The notes beneath the pieces were generated by a model, which worked only from the letters and a program-made list of their open reading frames with translations, searched no databases and was not told where the DNA came from. This document shows positions 28,241 to 40,330 of a DNA stretch of 64,000 bases, one piece after another. This stretch comes from Tubiluchus corallicola. Lineage: Eukaryota; Animalia; Priapulida. The translations under genes were made by a program, and so were the position numbers. The stretch is from the NCBI GenBank assembly GCA_030141605.1, contig JAQGDQ010000454.1:124503-188502 (forward strand), written 5' to 3'. Positions within the stretch are counted from its first letter, which is position 1. Every line of letters begins with the position of its first letter.

Positions 28241-28394
28241 ACTCAAAAGTTTTGAAATATGAGGGGAGAAGTTTGGCGGTTTGTGTTTATCAGAAGTTAA
28301 ACCACAGTGAGCCCAGTTAATAAATGTCGAGTAGACCATCAAGAAGACTAGTTTCGATTGATATTCAATAAGAAATCTAACATATTTAGCTTAA

Positions 28395-29020
28395 TCAGTT
28401 ATAATGATGTCCATTTGTTACAGGACGCTGCTTATATCGACGTGGAGTGTGAACACGTTGTTGATATTCCTTCACGTTTTGCTGGAATGGATATCTTATA
28501 GCATTAAATGACGTCACTGGAGATTTGGGGATTTGCTTCTGCTGTTGTTGCTGCCGTTGTGGCTGTTGAGGCAGTTGTTGTTGCTGCAGTTTCTGGTTCT
28601 GGTTCACCACATATCTATGAGGATGTGGACTATAAACACGCCCTGGATATTCCTGGACGGAAGGATGTTTCAAAACGTTCTGCGTCAAAGGAACCTGTGT
28701 CTTTTGTCGCTGACCATGCTGTTGAGATTGCAGTTGCCTGAGTTGTTCGAATTGATTAAACGCATTTCTGATCAGTGGTTGTTGCTGAACTGGGAAATGT
28801 TCCCTGATGATATCGGGAATAATTCCCTCTCGGTCATCAATGTCCAGCTCCCCATGCAGGTAGCGCTTCAACACGTCCTCCGGGTCGTGGATAATGGTGC
28901 GATGACCACCAAATGGACGTAAACGATGGGGTCCGTAAGCTCCGTGTGGTTCTTGGTATCCGTATTTCTTTTCATATTTGTTTGGCTTGACATGAACTAC
29001 GTAAAGACGCGATGAATCAC
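28395..29020 (-). CDS. Paralogue 1 terminal exon (His/Tyr/Gln-rich)
   Basis: GATGTAG acceptor; [11 protein letters not shown]...[27 protein letters not shown]...; strongly similar to 49273-49832. Confidence 0.85.
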
Positions 29021-32000
29021 CTACATCGGAATAAACATAATACTTACTATTAATATTTTAACATAATTGCTATTAATCTTAATAATGTACATTACCGTAA
29101 GTGCTCGTTTATCGACGTTTCGTTTGAATGACGCCGATCTATTGACGCCTTTTTTCACTTGTAGATGCACATTTCTCTTTAACGACGATTTTTTTTTACT
29201 TTGCTCAAGGCAAATTTTTATTTGATTGACAAAATGTTTAGCTAATTTGATGCATTAAAACAGCATCTATTGCGTTAATCTGTTCTAAAAACGCACTAGT
29301 AATGTAAACAATGTAATTATTATATATGTTTTTGCTTTCCGAATGACGCTACTAATTGTGCTACTAGCAGTTTGTATCAGCTGTCAGCTCGCCAGTGAGC
29401 AATTCTGCTTGCAACTTGGTCGCTGTAATTGTATGTAAGTAAAATTCCCAAGGCCGCCCCAGGACTTGGGTTTGACTCTGCAATGTTTATTGTTCAACAC
29501 TTGACTACGGTTAAACGTTAATGAAAGAGAAGCTGCTATAGCTAAGTTTTGGTAAGTAAGATATATAGGTGGTTTCATGCAAACAGTAAGACGTTAATCA
29601 GTAGAAATATGAATAAAACTCATAAAATGTTTAACTTATATAATTTAACCAGTGTTGATTTTTGTCTCTGTTACGTATTTCAAGATTTTTGCATTACTTT
29701 CTATGGAAGTCTTGGCTTCCTTTTAATGACGTTTCGCTGAACGTCACATTTTGTTGGAATGAATAAGCGTCGTTAAGCGATGACTTACTGTATTATTATT
29801 GGTGGTACAGACCAACAATTAATTAAACTAGGTACAAATTAGAAATGCTGAACTGGTTGGCCAACTATAGGGGGTTAATTTTTGACTACCATGATCGCTA
29901 GGGACACATTAGTCTAGCGGTCATGTGGACTGCCCTGTAAACAGAAGGTTCCTGATTCGAACCAGACTAGTGGGCTTATCCCATAACATTTTTGCTGCAA
30001 ATGTGCATAAAAATGAAATAAAAGAAAGGCAAAAGCAACGAAAGAAGTGAAATATAGAAAGAAGAAGTATGGGTAATGGACATTAAGTAGATGAAAAGAA
30101 AATGAGACACGAGAAGAAGGAAAAAGAAAACAGGAAAACGACTGAAAATGGAAGGGGAGAAGAGAAGGAGGGGGAAAAGAAAAGAAGAACCTGAGGAAAA
30201 GGAAGAAAATGTTTTGGGTGTATTACCAGCAAATGTTTGGAGAAGAAATGAAAAGATGCTGAAAAAATGAGAAAAGCGAATGAAAATGAAGAGGAGGAAA
30301 AGCAGAGAACTAAAAATAAAGGAAAGGAGAAAATGAAGTTAGAAGAGAAATTCGATCATGCTTCTTTTATTTTATGTTTTCAGTTAAGTGCCTTCAAAAT
30401 AGATCATAATTCGACACCCTTCAGCCTTTTAACTAGAACAACAAGAATACTAAAGATTATTAAATAGTCAGCCTGTTTGTTCTTTCCTTGCTTTTCTGTG
30501 TTTCTTTCCTTCTTCCTTTCTTTCCTTTCTTTTCTTTCTTTGTTATTCAAAGTTAATTTTATGAAAATTGCGAACACTTAGAATGTACTATAAGTCTCTA
30601 TAAGAGTAACCTGGCCATCCTGGTTGGCCCGGATGTCCTGGCAGGCCCAATAAACCTGGATGCCCTCGTGGCCCTGGAGGGCCTGAGTTTCCTGATGGTC
30701 CAGATGCACCAGATGGACCAGGAGGTCCTGAAGGACCTGGTGGTCCTGACGTTCCTGTAGGGCCCGGTGGGCCTGAAGGACCTGAAAAAACAGTAACAGG
30801 CATAGGTTATCTCTGCAGTAGTCATTTCATTATAACAACATTTCTTAAAAATTGTTCTTTTTACGACTATTTTAAACACTGTAGCAATGCCATACACTGT
30901 ACAGCCATTTTTGGTCTCTGCAATAATGTAATTTTCACAAAGTTCTGTGATATTTGCCATCAAATCGTTGTAACGTATACGAGCTTGCAAAGCAAAATCG
31001 TCCATAAGTCGGCAGTTAAGATTTTCTAGTTATTCACATGTCCATTTCATGATGATCATTTTGATACCACGCCCATTGCTCTATGTTATTTCTAAGCTGA
31101 GATAATCCACGTTGAAGTTCAGGTACATGCTACGCACTGGAAAACATAATCTCGAGGAAATCACTTTTATAGTTAGTTATTGTTTTTTGTCGTGTTTCTG
31201 CAGGACACTTAGCAACCGCACAAATGTTGGTTGCTACCGACTTTGCAAGGGCACATTAAAATTATGTTTAAATCCAGTAGATGGCTCTTTCTGATGAAGA
31301 TCTGGGTTTGGCAACAGAAGAAACCTGAAGTAAAATAACTGCTTCCACGAGTTACTATCAGAGTTCGAAAATACAAGTTTTTTACAATTGCAGTACTAGT
31401 TTCTAGGCAGAAAAGTGGGTAGGGGGTTATAAAATTACACTTTTTGTATTTTTGAACATTTTCTTGATAATTTGATGCTAGAATATAAAAGTTCAATATG
31501 TATAGTGTTGTTTTTATAAAATACGAAAAATTGAAATTTGACCAAATTTTTGGTGCTTTCTACTTTGAAGCATCATAACGTAGTTTTAACTATGCCGACT
31601 TATGAACGGCTTTGGTTTGCAAGAACACGTAGCTAAACTTTATTTATTTTAAGTTGATTTACAACATACCAGAACTGATTACAGTATTTCCACTATGTGC
31701 AATACATAAAAAATGTAGTACATTTTAGTTAAAGTATATAAAAGTGAGCGTACAATTAGTTCAAGTATAATTAAACAAATATTTAATTCAGTGGTACGTC
31801 AACCAATGCTGGTGATTCAAAAATATTAGTTCTTCACTCATTGATATTTAATTAACATATACAATTTAACATATGATAATTTAATGCTAGAATATAAATG
31901 TCTAATATATTTAGCGTTTGGTGTATTGACATTTGGGTGTATTCACTTAGAAGCATCATAACGTAGTTTTAAGCATGCCAACTTATGGACGGTTTTGATT

Positions 32001-34200
32001 TGCAAGCACACATATTCTACACACAGGTTTAATAAAGAGGTGTTTTAATAGCTTGTTTGATGCCAGCAGTCCATATTAACTAAAGTAACAAAAGTTTATG
32101 TGCTATTTTTTAGCTAATCGCTTGCGAAGTAACTCTACAAAGTGGTCAGTTTTGCCGTGATTTTGATGTTGTTTCCGTTCTCGTTGTTCTTAGTGTAACA
32201 GATTTTTATCAGTATTCAGTATGGTGAGGTCACAGGCAATTAAGCAGAGTGTGTGACCCAATATTTTGTATTTTGAATTATTCTTCCGTGTCTGCAATAT
32301 CTGCTATGACGTCACTTATAGCCACGTTTCTGACGTTAAAGTTATTTCTTTACAGAATAGTTGGCCCTAAACTTCGAAGAAGAATTCTTGTACGTTGCCT
32401 CCAGCATAATATGAAGTATACAGGTGTCAGGGTATAATCCAAGTCCAAATGTTAAAGCCAAACGTCTCTGAAGTAGGTTACAAAAATGGCTAAAAAATTA
32501 CATTATTTTGCAGCATTTTTATGCATCTATCGTGCTCGCGTTGATAGGAATTTTGTTTGTTTACATTTTAAATCTGCCGCAATACTGTGTTCCGACCGCG
32601 CCATTACGTGACGTCACCTAGGCACAACGTAAATCAGGGATAGAAAAGGAAATGTCAAATTATGTCCCAAAAAACTTTCCATGCAAATCTGTAACACTTG
32701 AAGTAAATATGTAACCTGAAAAGAAAATTATTAATTATTTAAATTGTTCTCACCAGTTGGTAAAATGTCGCTGACTCACCTCCAAGGTGCACCACTCACT
32801 AACCAAAAACGTATTTTTAAATTTATTGACAAGATGCAGTAATTTAAAATTTTATTTAGTTAGTGACGTGTGCGCTACGAATGCTCTGATTATTTTTCAT
32901 ACTTTGCTCAGTGTCATCTAAACTTGTTTCAAATGACTTATTGTCAAAATGGCTGCGCCTAACGCCCAAGGCGGGAGTTTAAATTCACAAGTTTTATATA
33001 GAGTTACTGCCGACGCAAGCCCTGCATGCAAAAGAGCTTTGTATAATTGGAGAGCTTTCTTGTGCATTAAAACATTTCATTCGTTGGACTAAAATTGGAC
33101 CATAACTTTCCTGTTTGTTTGTTAGGTAATTGACATGTGAAAACGTAAAAACAGAAATGGCTTTTAATGAGTCCCAAGTGACGCAGAACGAAATATTAAA
33201 GTGCAGCATTTAACAATGACTGTTTCCGCATAGTTTCAGAGATGGCATAGCAGTTCTCTGCCACTCTGGCGCTTAAAGTCTCTGTCGTGTCAATGTTGCT
33301 GTCTTTAAAATAAGCTTATAAGATACAGTCGTTTTGAGCCAGACAAAAATACGAGTAAAATTTAATTCATTTTAGTGGAAACATTAATCTGTCCTACTTA
33401 CAAATGACATCACATTCTTCCTCCTCTTCTTCGTCTTCGTCTTCTTCGTCGTCGTCTTCCTCTTCCTCGTCATCGTCCTCTTCTTCTCCATCATCGTCTT
33501 CTTCTTCTCCTTCTTCCTCTTCATCATCGTCCTCTTCTTCTCCATCGTCGTCTTCTTCTCCTTCTTCCTCTTCATCATCGTCCTCTTCTTCTCCATCGTC
33601 GTCTTCTCCTTCTTCCTCTTGGTCATCATCCTCTTCTTCTCCATCGCCGTCTTCTCCTTCTCCATCCCCATCATCGTCCTCTACTTCTCCTTCTTCCTCT
33701 TCTCCTTCTCCATCCCCGTCATCGTCCTCTTCTTCTCCATCGTCGTCTTCTCCTTCTCCATCCCCGTCATCGTCCTCTTCTTCTCCATCGTCGTCTTCTC
33801 CTTCTCCATCCCCGTCATCGTCCTCTTCTTCTCCATCGTCGTCTTCTCCTTCTCCATCCCCATCCCCGGCATCGTCCTCTTCTTCTCCATCGTCGTCTTC
33901 TCCTTCTCCATCCCCGTCATCGTCCTCTTCTTCTCCATCGTCGTCTTCTCCTTCTCCATCCCCGTCATCGTCCTCTTCTTCTCCATCGTCGTCTTCTCCT
34001 TCTCCATCCCCGTCATCGTCCTCTTCTTCTCCATCCCCATCTTCTCCTTCTTCGTCTTCCTCTTCCTCATCATCATTGCCATCACCATTATCATCGTCAC
34101 ATTTAACTAGTTGCACGGAGAGCAAGAAAAAGAGGAAGCCAGCTTTTATTACTAATTCTCGGATTTTTGTCTTCTTCCTGATACATTTCCAACCGCTCAT
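28395..34200 (-). CDS. Secreted acidic collagen-like protein, paralogue 1 (~531 aa): signal peptide, ~228-aa D/E/G domain, short Gly-X-Y helix, Gln-rich tail
   Basis: Coding exons 33402-34200, 30611-30781 and 28395-29020 join in phase 1 (1596 nt in total). A non-coding first exon ends at the GTAAGT donor next to 35244. The exon layout is identical to paralogue 2. The collagen-exon donor is weak (GTTACT). Confidence 0.78.
29095..29790. mobile_element. Tc1/mariner-type MITE
   Basis: TA|CCGTAAGTGCTCGTTTATCGACG...CGTCGTTAAGCGATGACTTACTG|TA imperfect TIRs. Confidence 0.65.
29900..29975 (+). mobile_element. tRNA-derived SINE-like head (second copy 15913-15990)
   Basis: A-box TAGTCTAGCGG; B-box GGTTCGAACC intact in the 15.9-kb copy; no proper acceptor stem. 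Confidence 0.5.
30611..30781 (-). CDS. Paralogue 1 collagen exon (171 nt = 19 x 9)
   Basis: [18 protein letters not shown]...[16 protein letters not shown]; TTTTTTCAG acceptor. Confidence 0.88.
33402..34200 (-). CDS. Paralogue 1 exon: signal peptide and Asp/Glu/Gly repeat domain
   Basis: TTTTTTCCAG acceptor 5 nt before the ATG; MSGWKC...[15 protein letters not shown], then ([16 protein letters not shown])n ending CDVI; GTAAGT donor. Confidence 0.82.
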
Positions 34201-35034
34201 TTTGACTGGAAAAAAGAATATTACACATTTGTAATAAACCTATTCGTTGTGCGCACGCACAGTTGCTGTAGCTCAAAGGTTAAGTGTACCACAGCAACGC
34301 GTCTTAACTACAACCGTCACGTGACATGAATTTAGAATTGAGAATTTATTATCGGCAATACTACAACTACCGATGGCAATACATACAACAAAACAACAAA
34401 AAAATACAAAAGTACATAACAGATCTATGACATTATAGATGACATGTGTGTAAAGCAAAGCCGTCCGCCGCATCATTTCAGTAATTTCACTTCTTTTACG
34501 TGGACTTTACTTAATTATGCATTAGTTTGTGTAGAGACTGATTTACTATAACAAGATCTTGCTTGGGAACAAGAAAAAATGAGTTAAGTGTACTGAAACA
34601 ACACGTCTTAACTACAACTGTTATGTGACGTGTGTGTAAAGCAAAGCCATCTGAGGCAGTAACTTCAGTTGTTTTACATGGACTTACTTAGCTATACATT
34701 AGTCTGTGTGTAGAGTGATTTACTAGCAGGATCTTGCTTACGAACGCGAAAAAATCAACTAGCTAAGTTTCTAGCTAGCTGCTAAAACTGTTACTATACA
34801 ATAGCATGGGCTACGAGGCGTTGTCAGGTGTGCGCAAATGCGTTGTCTGGTACACTTAACCTTTAACTTTTCACGATCGCCAATCGCTGGAATTGTGAAA
34901 AGGGTTATTGGTGTCAACGAATAGTGGTTCAAATTGATTTTCCGTTCTAAGCAAAACTTTATTTCTCTAAATGTAGTTTGGTAATATATATAAGATTTTC
35001 TCTCTCTCTCTCTGTCAGTTTCTCTATCGCTCTC

Positions 35035-35070
<36 letters not shown>

Positions 35071-35243
35071 TCCTCTCTCTTTGTATAAACAATGTATTAA
35101 TTTTATTATTTAATAAAAAGACTTCTAATAATAATAATCTATACTACCTCTCTCCCTCTCTCTCGTTCTCCCCTCTCTTTCACTTTCTCTGTCTCTCTTT
35201 ATCCCTTTCACTTTTTAAACAACAAATAAATAAATAAACTTAC

Positions 35244-35420
35244 CGTTTTGTTGAGCTTTTAGGCCACGTTGGTGATCGTGCTGCTGCTTCACGCCATCAG
35301 AACAGTAACTAATTTACGAACATTACTGTGCGCCTTTTACACGACACGCTACGTGGCCAAGATTCAATGATAGCGGCTGACTTCTTTAAACAGAGATAAT
35401 TACGCAAAGATTTATCAGCA
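35244..35420 (-). promoter_or_regulatory. Putative non-coding first exon and core promoter, paralogue 1
   Basis: Block conserved with 53971-54190. It has a donor at the 3' end, an Inr-like TTAGTT ~27 nt downstream of a TAAAAG, and AGATAA and ACGTGG motifs. Confidence 0.55.
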
Positions 35421-37154
35421 AAATCTGTTTTTTCACAAAATAATGACAGAGTTACCTCTCTCATGTTATGCACTACTGGAGCTCAACAGGGCGGCGCATT
35501 GGTACCTCAGCAGAAAGCCAAGTGCTTGCAAACTAAAACCGTCCATAAGTCTGCATAGTTAAAACTACGTGATGATGCTTCAAAGTAGAATGGTCCAAAA
35601 ATTTGGTCAAATGTCAATTTTTTGTTTTTTTATAAAAACAAACTCTAAATATATTGAACTTTTATATTCTAGCATCAAATCAAGAGGAAAATGTCAAAAA
35701 ATACTAAAAACCAAATTTTATAACCCCGTACCCATTTTTCTGCCTACAAACTAGTATTGAAATTGTAAAAAAAACTTATATTTTCAATCTCCGATAGTAG
35801 TTCCTGGAAGCTTTCATTTTGCCTCGGGGTTTTTTCTGCTGAACGTCGTAGCCCTGATCTTCATCAGTAAGAGACATCTACTGGTTTTAAACGTAACTTC
35901 AATGTGTTCTAGCAAAGTACATAGCAACCAATATTTGTGCTGTTGCTAAATGTTTTGTAAAGACACGACAAAAAACAATGGCTAACCTTAACAGCCTTAA
36001 CATTAATTTTCTCAAGACTATGTTTTTCAGTGCGCAGCCTTCACTTCAAAGTGGGTTATCTCAGCTTAGAAATGACATAGAGCGATGAACTTGGTATCAA
36101 AATGATCCTCATGAAATGGATATTCGGAATATATGAATAACTAGAAAAGCTTAGCTGACTTATGGACGATTTTGCTCTACAAGCACGCATAAAAGCAAGC
36201 AGAAGTGTTCATTCATTTTTTTAAACACACTGAGCAAAATTGGAGGCGACATACATAGATAAAAGATATAGGAAATGCTACGCGTCTTGTAGCTGCAAAG
36301 CAAAGATAAGATTTCTACTAAACGGGTTATGGAATTACAGTTGCTCAAGCTTATATAGCAATAACGTTACTCTTGTAAAGCAATGTGTGAATTTGCAGTT
36401 TGTGGACGTTCACTTGTACTCCAATGACGTCATAATGCCACAGGTTAGCAAAATGGCCCAGTTTGTCCACCATGATTAAAAAAACTAGTGTCATTGTTAC
36501 TGTTATTGTTTTTTCATCATCTTGTTGTTGTTGTTGTTGTTGTCGTTGCTGTTGCTGTTACTGCCGTTGCCGTTACCCTCTTCGTTGTCCCTTTTCTTGC
36601 TGTTGCCAATGCCATTTATTATTATTATTATTAATACTAAAACGAACTTAATTTAACGCAAGACAGAAAATTGTCGTGTGATGTTTATGTCCAACATTTG
36701 CATAAATAACATATTCATATGGATAATAGTGGATATTTCGTTAGTAATTTAAAGATGTTGGCTGTTTTTGTTTAAGTAGGCAAATAATTTATCTACTTGA
36801 GAAAAACCTACCGCTTCCTCGTGAAAAATTCTTCATTTACTGAATAAAACGGCATAAAACACTTAATAAATTCACAGAAAACGCACAAAACCAAAAAATA
36901 ATCTTGACACAAAAATGTGATCATTACAAAGCTTAAGAACCCCTCTTAAAAAATCCATTGGCTGTTTTTACCAGCAAAAACTCATTGTAACAAAATTAAT
37001 GAACATTGTGTAAAAGGTGAAATTTCTCAATGGCCAGTAAATTAATCAGGCAAAGCAATGAAACTTGTAATTGCACTACTTTCAGTCGCATTCAGATATA
37101 TTTTTAAGATTTATCACATTTAAGCCAATTTTATTAGATGCACATAAAAATATT

Positions 37155-37341
37155 TATAGTTAAAAACAACACAACTTTATTAAAAACAATTACCTTAAAA
37201 AGTTAAAATCATGCCAAACGTTTCAACTAGCTGCTGCTGCCATCATACTGATGATATCAGTAGCAGCTAGTCGAAACGTTTGGCAGGATTTTAACTTTTT
37301 AATGTAAAAGTCTTTAATAAAGTTGCGTTGTTTTTAATTAT
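37155..37341. ncRNA. Palindromic Penelope-type repeat containing a minimal hammerhead-ribozyme-like motif (37248-37283, +)
   Basis: CTGATGA-stem II-CGAAACGTT-TGG; related copies at 4981-5020 (-) and 51251-51292 (+). Confidence 0.55.
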
Positions 37342-37444
37342 TTCTATTTATCTTGTTTCTATAATCTTGTGATACCTGGCGCTGTACATGCCTTGACAGT
37401 ATGTATATTTGAAACGATTGTTAGTAAGACGATGTAGGCCTACT

Positions 37445-37859
37445 CAGGGGCGTGTCAACACTTTACGACACCCTAGGTTGATAGTTCTGTCCCGCCCATC
37501 TCTATTATGAATTCATGGTTGTTAACGTAATGAGGAGATTAAGCAATTACTTTTGGTGTGTTAGAAACACTATTAACCTAGTTTCTACATGGTCTTTATT
37601 AATTACATCTATTTATATTCAAGCAGGCTGCGCAACTGCTTGTTGTGTAATACCTTGCACCTATTGATTATGTGGCACTTATATAAAGCTGCTTTCACTA
37701 ACTGCCTGTGATGTGTTATAAAATGCGCCATTTACATGAACGTGAAAGTAAACACATTTTCCGAGGAGAACAAGATTTTTTCCAGAACGTGACGCCCCTC
37801 AAACTCTGGCGCCCTAGGCTATAGCCTAGTTAGTTAGCCTATGGGTTAATACTCCCCTG
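37445..37859. mobile_element. hAT-type MITE family C copy
   Basis: CAGGGG...CCCCTG termini, TSD GGCCTACT. Confidence 0.88.
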
Positions 37860-39127
37860 GGCCTACTTGCATAGAAATTTATTTTTTGCTTCGAGAATTC
37901 TTTTCAGGTTCTATAGATTTTTATTTCTGAATGGTTAGACTGAGATTTGCTCAGAAATTTTTATCTAACCACTGAACCTCAAAATTCAGTCAGTGTAGCT
38001 AGAAAAAATTGTGAATTAAACTTTATTTAAATTGAATTTATTTAATTTAGTTTTGCCTGCAAGATGTACATTTCATTCCTACCTGTAAAAGAAACCACAA
38101 ACACAATTTGACAAAATTTAATGATGATTATATTGCACTAGAACATGTGTTAAGGTTTAAACAAAGATTACAAGTCAGTTTGACTTCACACTGGTATACA
38201 ACGTAAATATGTATTTTAGCTGTAAACAAATCACATTTGAACAAAAATTAAACTATTAATCAAGATCTGAGAGCCATTTCCGACACTTGTAAACCAAATA
38301 CGGATAATTCTAGAAAAAAAATAAGTTGATTTTTTGTGCATCTGTACAGAAACTTCTAGTACTGTCACATTCTCCTTCATGCACTGTTCATCCTCAGTGG
38401 TGGATCGTAGTTAAAATCAGGGGGATGCTGCTTCAGAAAAATTTTAGCCATTTTTTTTAATTCTGCGTAACACGAAACCAACATAATAATTATTATGTAA
38501 TTTTAATTTTAAACAAATAAACATGCGAAATTTTATACATAAACTTGATAAAATCCTAAACAACAAGTATTTTTGCTTTTACTGTCGGAGTGTAAGCTTG
38601 ATCCATTAACAGTAAGCACGTGACAACTGACAACAAACTGTGTGAGCGACAGTATTTTTTCTATCTGGGCTCAGACGTGTACCGCATGCGCACAACAACC
38701 AAACACCACTTTGCTAGAGCTCACTGTTCTAGGCTGTGAAGCAAACAGTACTACCCTCACGTGCTCTGGTTCCGTACGTGTATAAAGAAAGAACTAAAGA
38801 AGAGAGACTTATTATGTAGAATATTATTGATAATATCGAGTGAAAATAGGGGGTGCTGCAGTTCAACAGTACAAATACACGAGCCGCCACTGTTGAAATT
38901 TAAAAACAATTTGTCGTACAAGAAACATGTCTAATTGCAGGAAGTGAAAAGAGGTTGGTCGAATGTAGTACGTAAGGAATTTTTGAATACTGAAATCTTA
39001 AATATTGAAATTTTAAAATAGAATTATTTGCTATGAAAACAATCAGGTTTTCCTTGAAAATGTATAATTCGTTTGCCCTGCGAAAGCAATAGACACCCCC
39101 CCCCACCGCCGCTTCCTAAACCTGCAT

Positions 39128-40153
39128 TCATCCTTGTCTACGACAGATAAGGGCTTTCATTGCACGCCGAAACGTTCCTAATTTTCCGGAGTACACAAAC
39201 ACATTTACGAACGAGTTACACATGCCTAGTAGCAAAGTAAAATTTAACAATTGAGGTTTTACTGTAATGAAACACAACTTGTGATACATGCAAAGATAAT
39301 GCAGCGGAAAGAGTACTATAAAGGGGCACCAAAACGCTAAGTAAAGGATAATTGTCATGCCTAGCGCTTTCGCTATCTTCAACTTTTGTTTTAATTCCTC
39401 GCCACGTGGCGCGCTTTGGTTTACGCTGTTCAAAGCAGAAATTGATTTTTGCTGTCTCACTGCGACAAGTCCTATACGAGAGTAACAAAATACCAGCAAA
39501 GGAATAAAAATTGCCTCCCATCCCGTGTTTGAAACAAAAATATACGTGCCATAATAGCTGGAAAAATGTACGCAAGATAATCCTGTGTAGTCGCTAAGAT
39601 AATACGAAATTGCACCTATTACTGTGGCGAGAATTGTAAGGGCCCATGCTAAAACAATAGCAACTTTGCCAGTTTTTGGCGTGACCCATCTAGGATAGTC
39701 CAGCGGGTAAACAATGGCTATATACCTTTCAACCGTTAATGCCATGTACATTATTTCGGAGCCATAAATGTTAAACACCATTAGACTAATGACGCATGTG
39801 CAGAAAACAATCTTGCATCGAAGACCAGCCAGAAGTCCCACGAAGAGAATGACCAATCCAATGCCCGTTGACGAATCTGCGACACCCAGATTTGCAATGA
39901 AATGGAAGGGCAGTTCGTGGAGTGAAGGCGTGTAGATGATTGTTATAAGTATTACAAAGTTACCAGTTACAATTCCGGTACCGAGTAATAGACCGACAAA
40001 GTTGATTAACAAATGAGCTAGATCATGTTCTAAAACACTTTTGCAGCTCGTGTGGATCCCATTGTTATCAGGAGAATATGAAAAGTCCAGCTCTGGGTTT
40101 ATTGAGGAGTTTTCACGTTCTGTAAGTTCCAAGAAATTATTCAGTTGATCCAT
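39128..40153 (-). CDS. Rhodopsin-like (class A) GPCR, single coding exon, 341 aa
   Basis: Seven hydrophobic segments; GN (TM1), NLGVAD (TM2), ERY (TM3), W (TM4), FWCPF (TM6), NSFVNVFVY (TM7), F..A helix 8; N-glycosylation sequon NSS; ACAG acceptor just upstream of the ATG. Confidence 0.93.
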   Translation of the reverse strand: MDQLNNFLELTERENSSINPELDFSYSPDNNGIHTSCKSVLEHDLAHLLINFVGLLLGTGIVTGNFVILITIIYTPSLHELPFHFIANLGVADSSTGIGLVILFVGLLAGLRCKIVFCTCVISLMVFNIYGSEIMYMALTVERYIAIVYPLDYPRWVTPKTGKVAIVLAWALTILATVIGAISYYLSDYTGLSCVHFSSYYGTYIFVSNTGWEAIFIPLLVFCYSRIGLVAVRQQKSISALNSVNQSAPRGEELKQKLKIAKALGMTIILYLAFWCPFIVLFPLHYLCMYHKLCFITVKPQLLNFTLLLGMCNSFVNVFVYSGKLGTFRRAMKALICRRQG

Positions 40154-40280
40154 TTTTCGCGACGTCCTGTCAGTGCTCGTTTATTTTTATTTTAATCTGA
40201 AAATAATTTATTTCGTAACTTCAGTAATAATACAGTTGCTGGAGAGAACAAAAGAGAGGCGAAGAGGTAGAAAACAGAAG

Positions 40281-40330
<50 letters not shown>

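Noticed and set aside
30611-30781. Assignment as cnidarian minicollagen, collectin or C1q protein
   Set aside because: No six-cysteine CRDs, poly-Pro flanks, C-type lectin or C1q domain visible
33404-34234. Ser/Pro-rich 276-aa ORF on + and other-frame ORFs
   Set aside because: Shadows of the acidic exon; only the minus D/E frame has a signal peptide, splice sites and a paralogue
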